Under the pieces are notes generated by a model. It ran no database searches. It was not told where the DNA came from and saw nothing but the letters and a program-made list of their open reading frames with translations. Source: Methanotrichaceae archaeon (GTDB lineage Archaea; Halobacteriota; Methanosarcinia; Methanotrichales; Methanotrichaceae). Taken from it: a stretch of DNA of 64,000 nt. The stretch is taken from NCBI GenBank assembly GCA_963754945.1, contig CAVWIG010000015.1, forward strand, positions 48,078-112,077. The letters run 5' to 3'. Position 1 is the first letter of the stretch; each line of letters opens with the position of its first letter. Position numbers and translations under genes: made by a program. Shown piece by piece: positions 62,596-64,000 of the stretch.

Positions 62596-63147
62596 CTAGC
62601 TGGTTCGATGAATCTGGAGGTTCTTTAGCACATCCTCAACCTTCTTCCTATCCGCTGTATAGGCTGTAATCGTTACGATTATTGTTCCCTGATTGCCAGA
62701 AGCATCCGGCGAATAAACAACCTCAAACTGGGGTATGCTTGCGGCTACCTGGACATCAGCAATGAAGCCCTTCTTGCCTCCAACGTCCGTATAGACCCAG
62801 GATTTTTTGTTTTCATTCTCCAATGGATAGATTACTTGAATTGCACGTACTAATGCCTTTTCTGAAACATTTGTGCTGGAGCCATAATCCTGGATAATCG
62901 TCTCAAACAAATCATTACCTACCCACATATCAACAAGATAGGCGGTGAAGTCGGGGTACGAAGCTGGGGCAAACTGGTCATAGAAGTCTACGGCCTCATC
63001 GCTCGTTACCTGTATATTGAATTTCTCTATATTGGCAGTATATGTCCCTGCCATGCAACAGTTCAAACTGGTCACAAGCAAGGCGGCCATAACAAATACA
63101 TGCATCGATATCTTACGCATCTTCATCACCTCCGCCAGAATTGCCAC
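62596..63147 (-). CDS. Secreted hypothetical protein
   Basis: Hydrophobic signal peptide, 183-aa ORF. Confidence 0.7.
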   Translation of the reverse strand: MAILAEVMKMRKISMHVFVMAALLVTSLNCCMAGTYTANIEKFNIQVTSDEAVDFYDQFAPASYPDFTAYLVDMWVGNDLFETIIQDYGSSTNVSEKALVRAIQVIYPLENENKKSWVYTDVGGKKGFIADVQVAASIPQFEVVYSPDASGNQGTIIVTITAYTADRKKVEDVLKNLQIHRTS

Positions 63148-63168
63148 AGCTTCCCTTTGGCCCTGGCT

Positions 63169-63762
63169 TCATCGTTTGCCTCCTCTGGCCAGCTCATCCA
63201 GGGCGATGTTCAGTTTTAGCACATTGACTCTCTCCTGTCCAAATAGCCCAAACTGAAGCGGCTCAATATGCACCTCGACCAGCGTCCTGACCTTCGATTC
63301 GGACAGTCCTCGCACTTTAGCCACTCGCTGCACCTGAAGCAGAGCGCTCGCCGGGCTGATGTGCGGGTCCAGGCCGCTTCCAGATGCCAGGACCAGATCT
63401 GCGGGCACTGTGGCACTGGGTGACAGGTTGTTCTCCTGCCTGACCTTCTCGACTCTCTGGCACACCTGTTCCATCAGTTTGGCGCTGGTAGGTCCTAGGT
63501 TGCTGCCGCCCGAGCCTGCGGCGTTGTAGTCAACCGCCGATGGCCGGCCGTGGAAGTATCCAGGACTGCTGAAGTTCTGGCCGATCAGCTCTGAACCAAC
63601 AACTGTACCGTTAACGTAAATTAGGCTTCCATGAGCCTGATAGGGCATTGTCTTCTCGGCAACAAAGGTTACGAAGAACGGGTAAGCCAGGCTTAGCAAA
63701 CACACCAGCGCAAAGAGCAGCACACAGGTCTTGGCTTCTCTCATGAACTCACTCTTGTCCAT
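63169..63762 (-). CDS. kdpC: K+-transporting ATPase subunit C
   Basis: GSELIGQNF, YFHGRPSA, SGGSNLGP, ASGSGLDPHIS, VNVLKLN. Confidence 0.97.
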   Translation of the reverse strand: MDKSEFMREAKTCVLLFALVCLLSLAYPFFVTFVAEKTMPYQAHGSLIYVNGTVVGSELIGQNFSSPGYFHGRPSAVDYNAAGSGGSNLGPTSAKLMEQVCQRVEKVRQENNLSPSATVPADLVLASGSGLDPHISPASALLQVQRVAKVRGLSESKVRTLVEVHIEPLQFGLFGQERVNVLKLNIALDELARGGKR

Positions 63763-63766
63763 CTTC

Positions 63767-64000
63767 TCACTCCAGGTGCAGCAGCACTACCAGGATGTCC
63801 ACCAGCTTGATTCCTATGAAAGGTATGATCAGCCCTCCCAGGCCGTAGACTACAAGATTGTACCGAAGCAGAGATTCGGTTGTAGCTGCGCGGTAGCTGA
63901 TTCCTTTTATCGCCAGAGGTATCAATGCAGGAATTATGAGGGCATTGAAGATGACTGCCGACAACACAGCACTTGTGGGAGTGGCGAGGCCCATGATATT
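63767..64000 (-). CDS. kdpB: K+-transporting ATPase subunit B (C-terminal part)
   Basis: [36 protein letters not shown]. Confidence 0.95.
   Translation of the reverse strand, partial: NIMGLATPTSAVLSAVIFNALIIPALIPLAIKGISYRAATTESLLRYNLVVYGLGGLIIPFIGIKLVDILVVLLHLE

Noticed and set aside
1-64000. CRISPR arrays, tRNA, rRNA, and the many antisense/overlapping ORFs in the track
   Set aside because: No regularly spaced repeats, cloverleafs or rRNA motifs seen by eye. The overlapping ORFs are shadows of well-supported genes.

Overview
Chromosomal window from a methanogenic archaeon, most likely Methanothrix/Methanotrichales-like. This is inferred from Mmp10, AtwA, FmdE, PycB, Rpp21, DUF1890/1894 and the GGAGG/GGTGA RBSs. 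Housekeeping genes (argB, pycB, panE, rpp21, mscL, moaE, cutA, kdpBC) are mixed with 9 IS copies: IS110, 2x IS256, 2x IS701-like, 2x IS630, IS66 and one ISH3/IS701-like. Together they cover about 11 kb (~17%), and there is also a tnpB remnant. Several ISs split genes, including a ~1338-aa hybrid histidine kinase, copA, a Cache-domain gene and an integrase, and several more genes are frameshifted. Main observations: (1) a ~320-nt ORF-free, densely base-paired, apparently multi-pseudoknotted candidate ncRNA convergent with rpp21 (16.24-16.56 kb); (2) an uncalled 39-aa His/Cys-rich Hpn-like peptide inside a nickel/metal-handling cluster (NikM, Mrp, DUF134, AtwA, CDF-NifX, 2x NifX, FmdE, CopA), with a shared ~47-bp promoter/operator block; (3) a divergent Mmp10-like radical SAM enzyme; (4) a CHAT-STAND-TPR protein whose catalytic His is replaced by Gln; (5) a four-repeat Cys-rich unknown protein clustered with two paralogous unknowns and DUF1890/1894. 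No CRISPR array, tRNA or rRNA was seen. All family calls come from motif recognition, not database searches.
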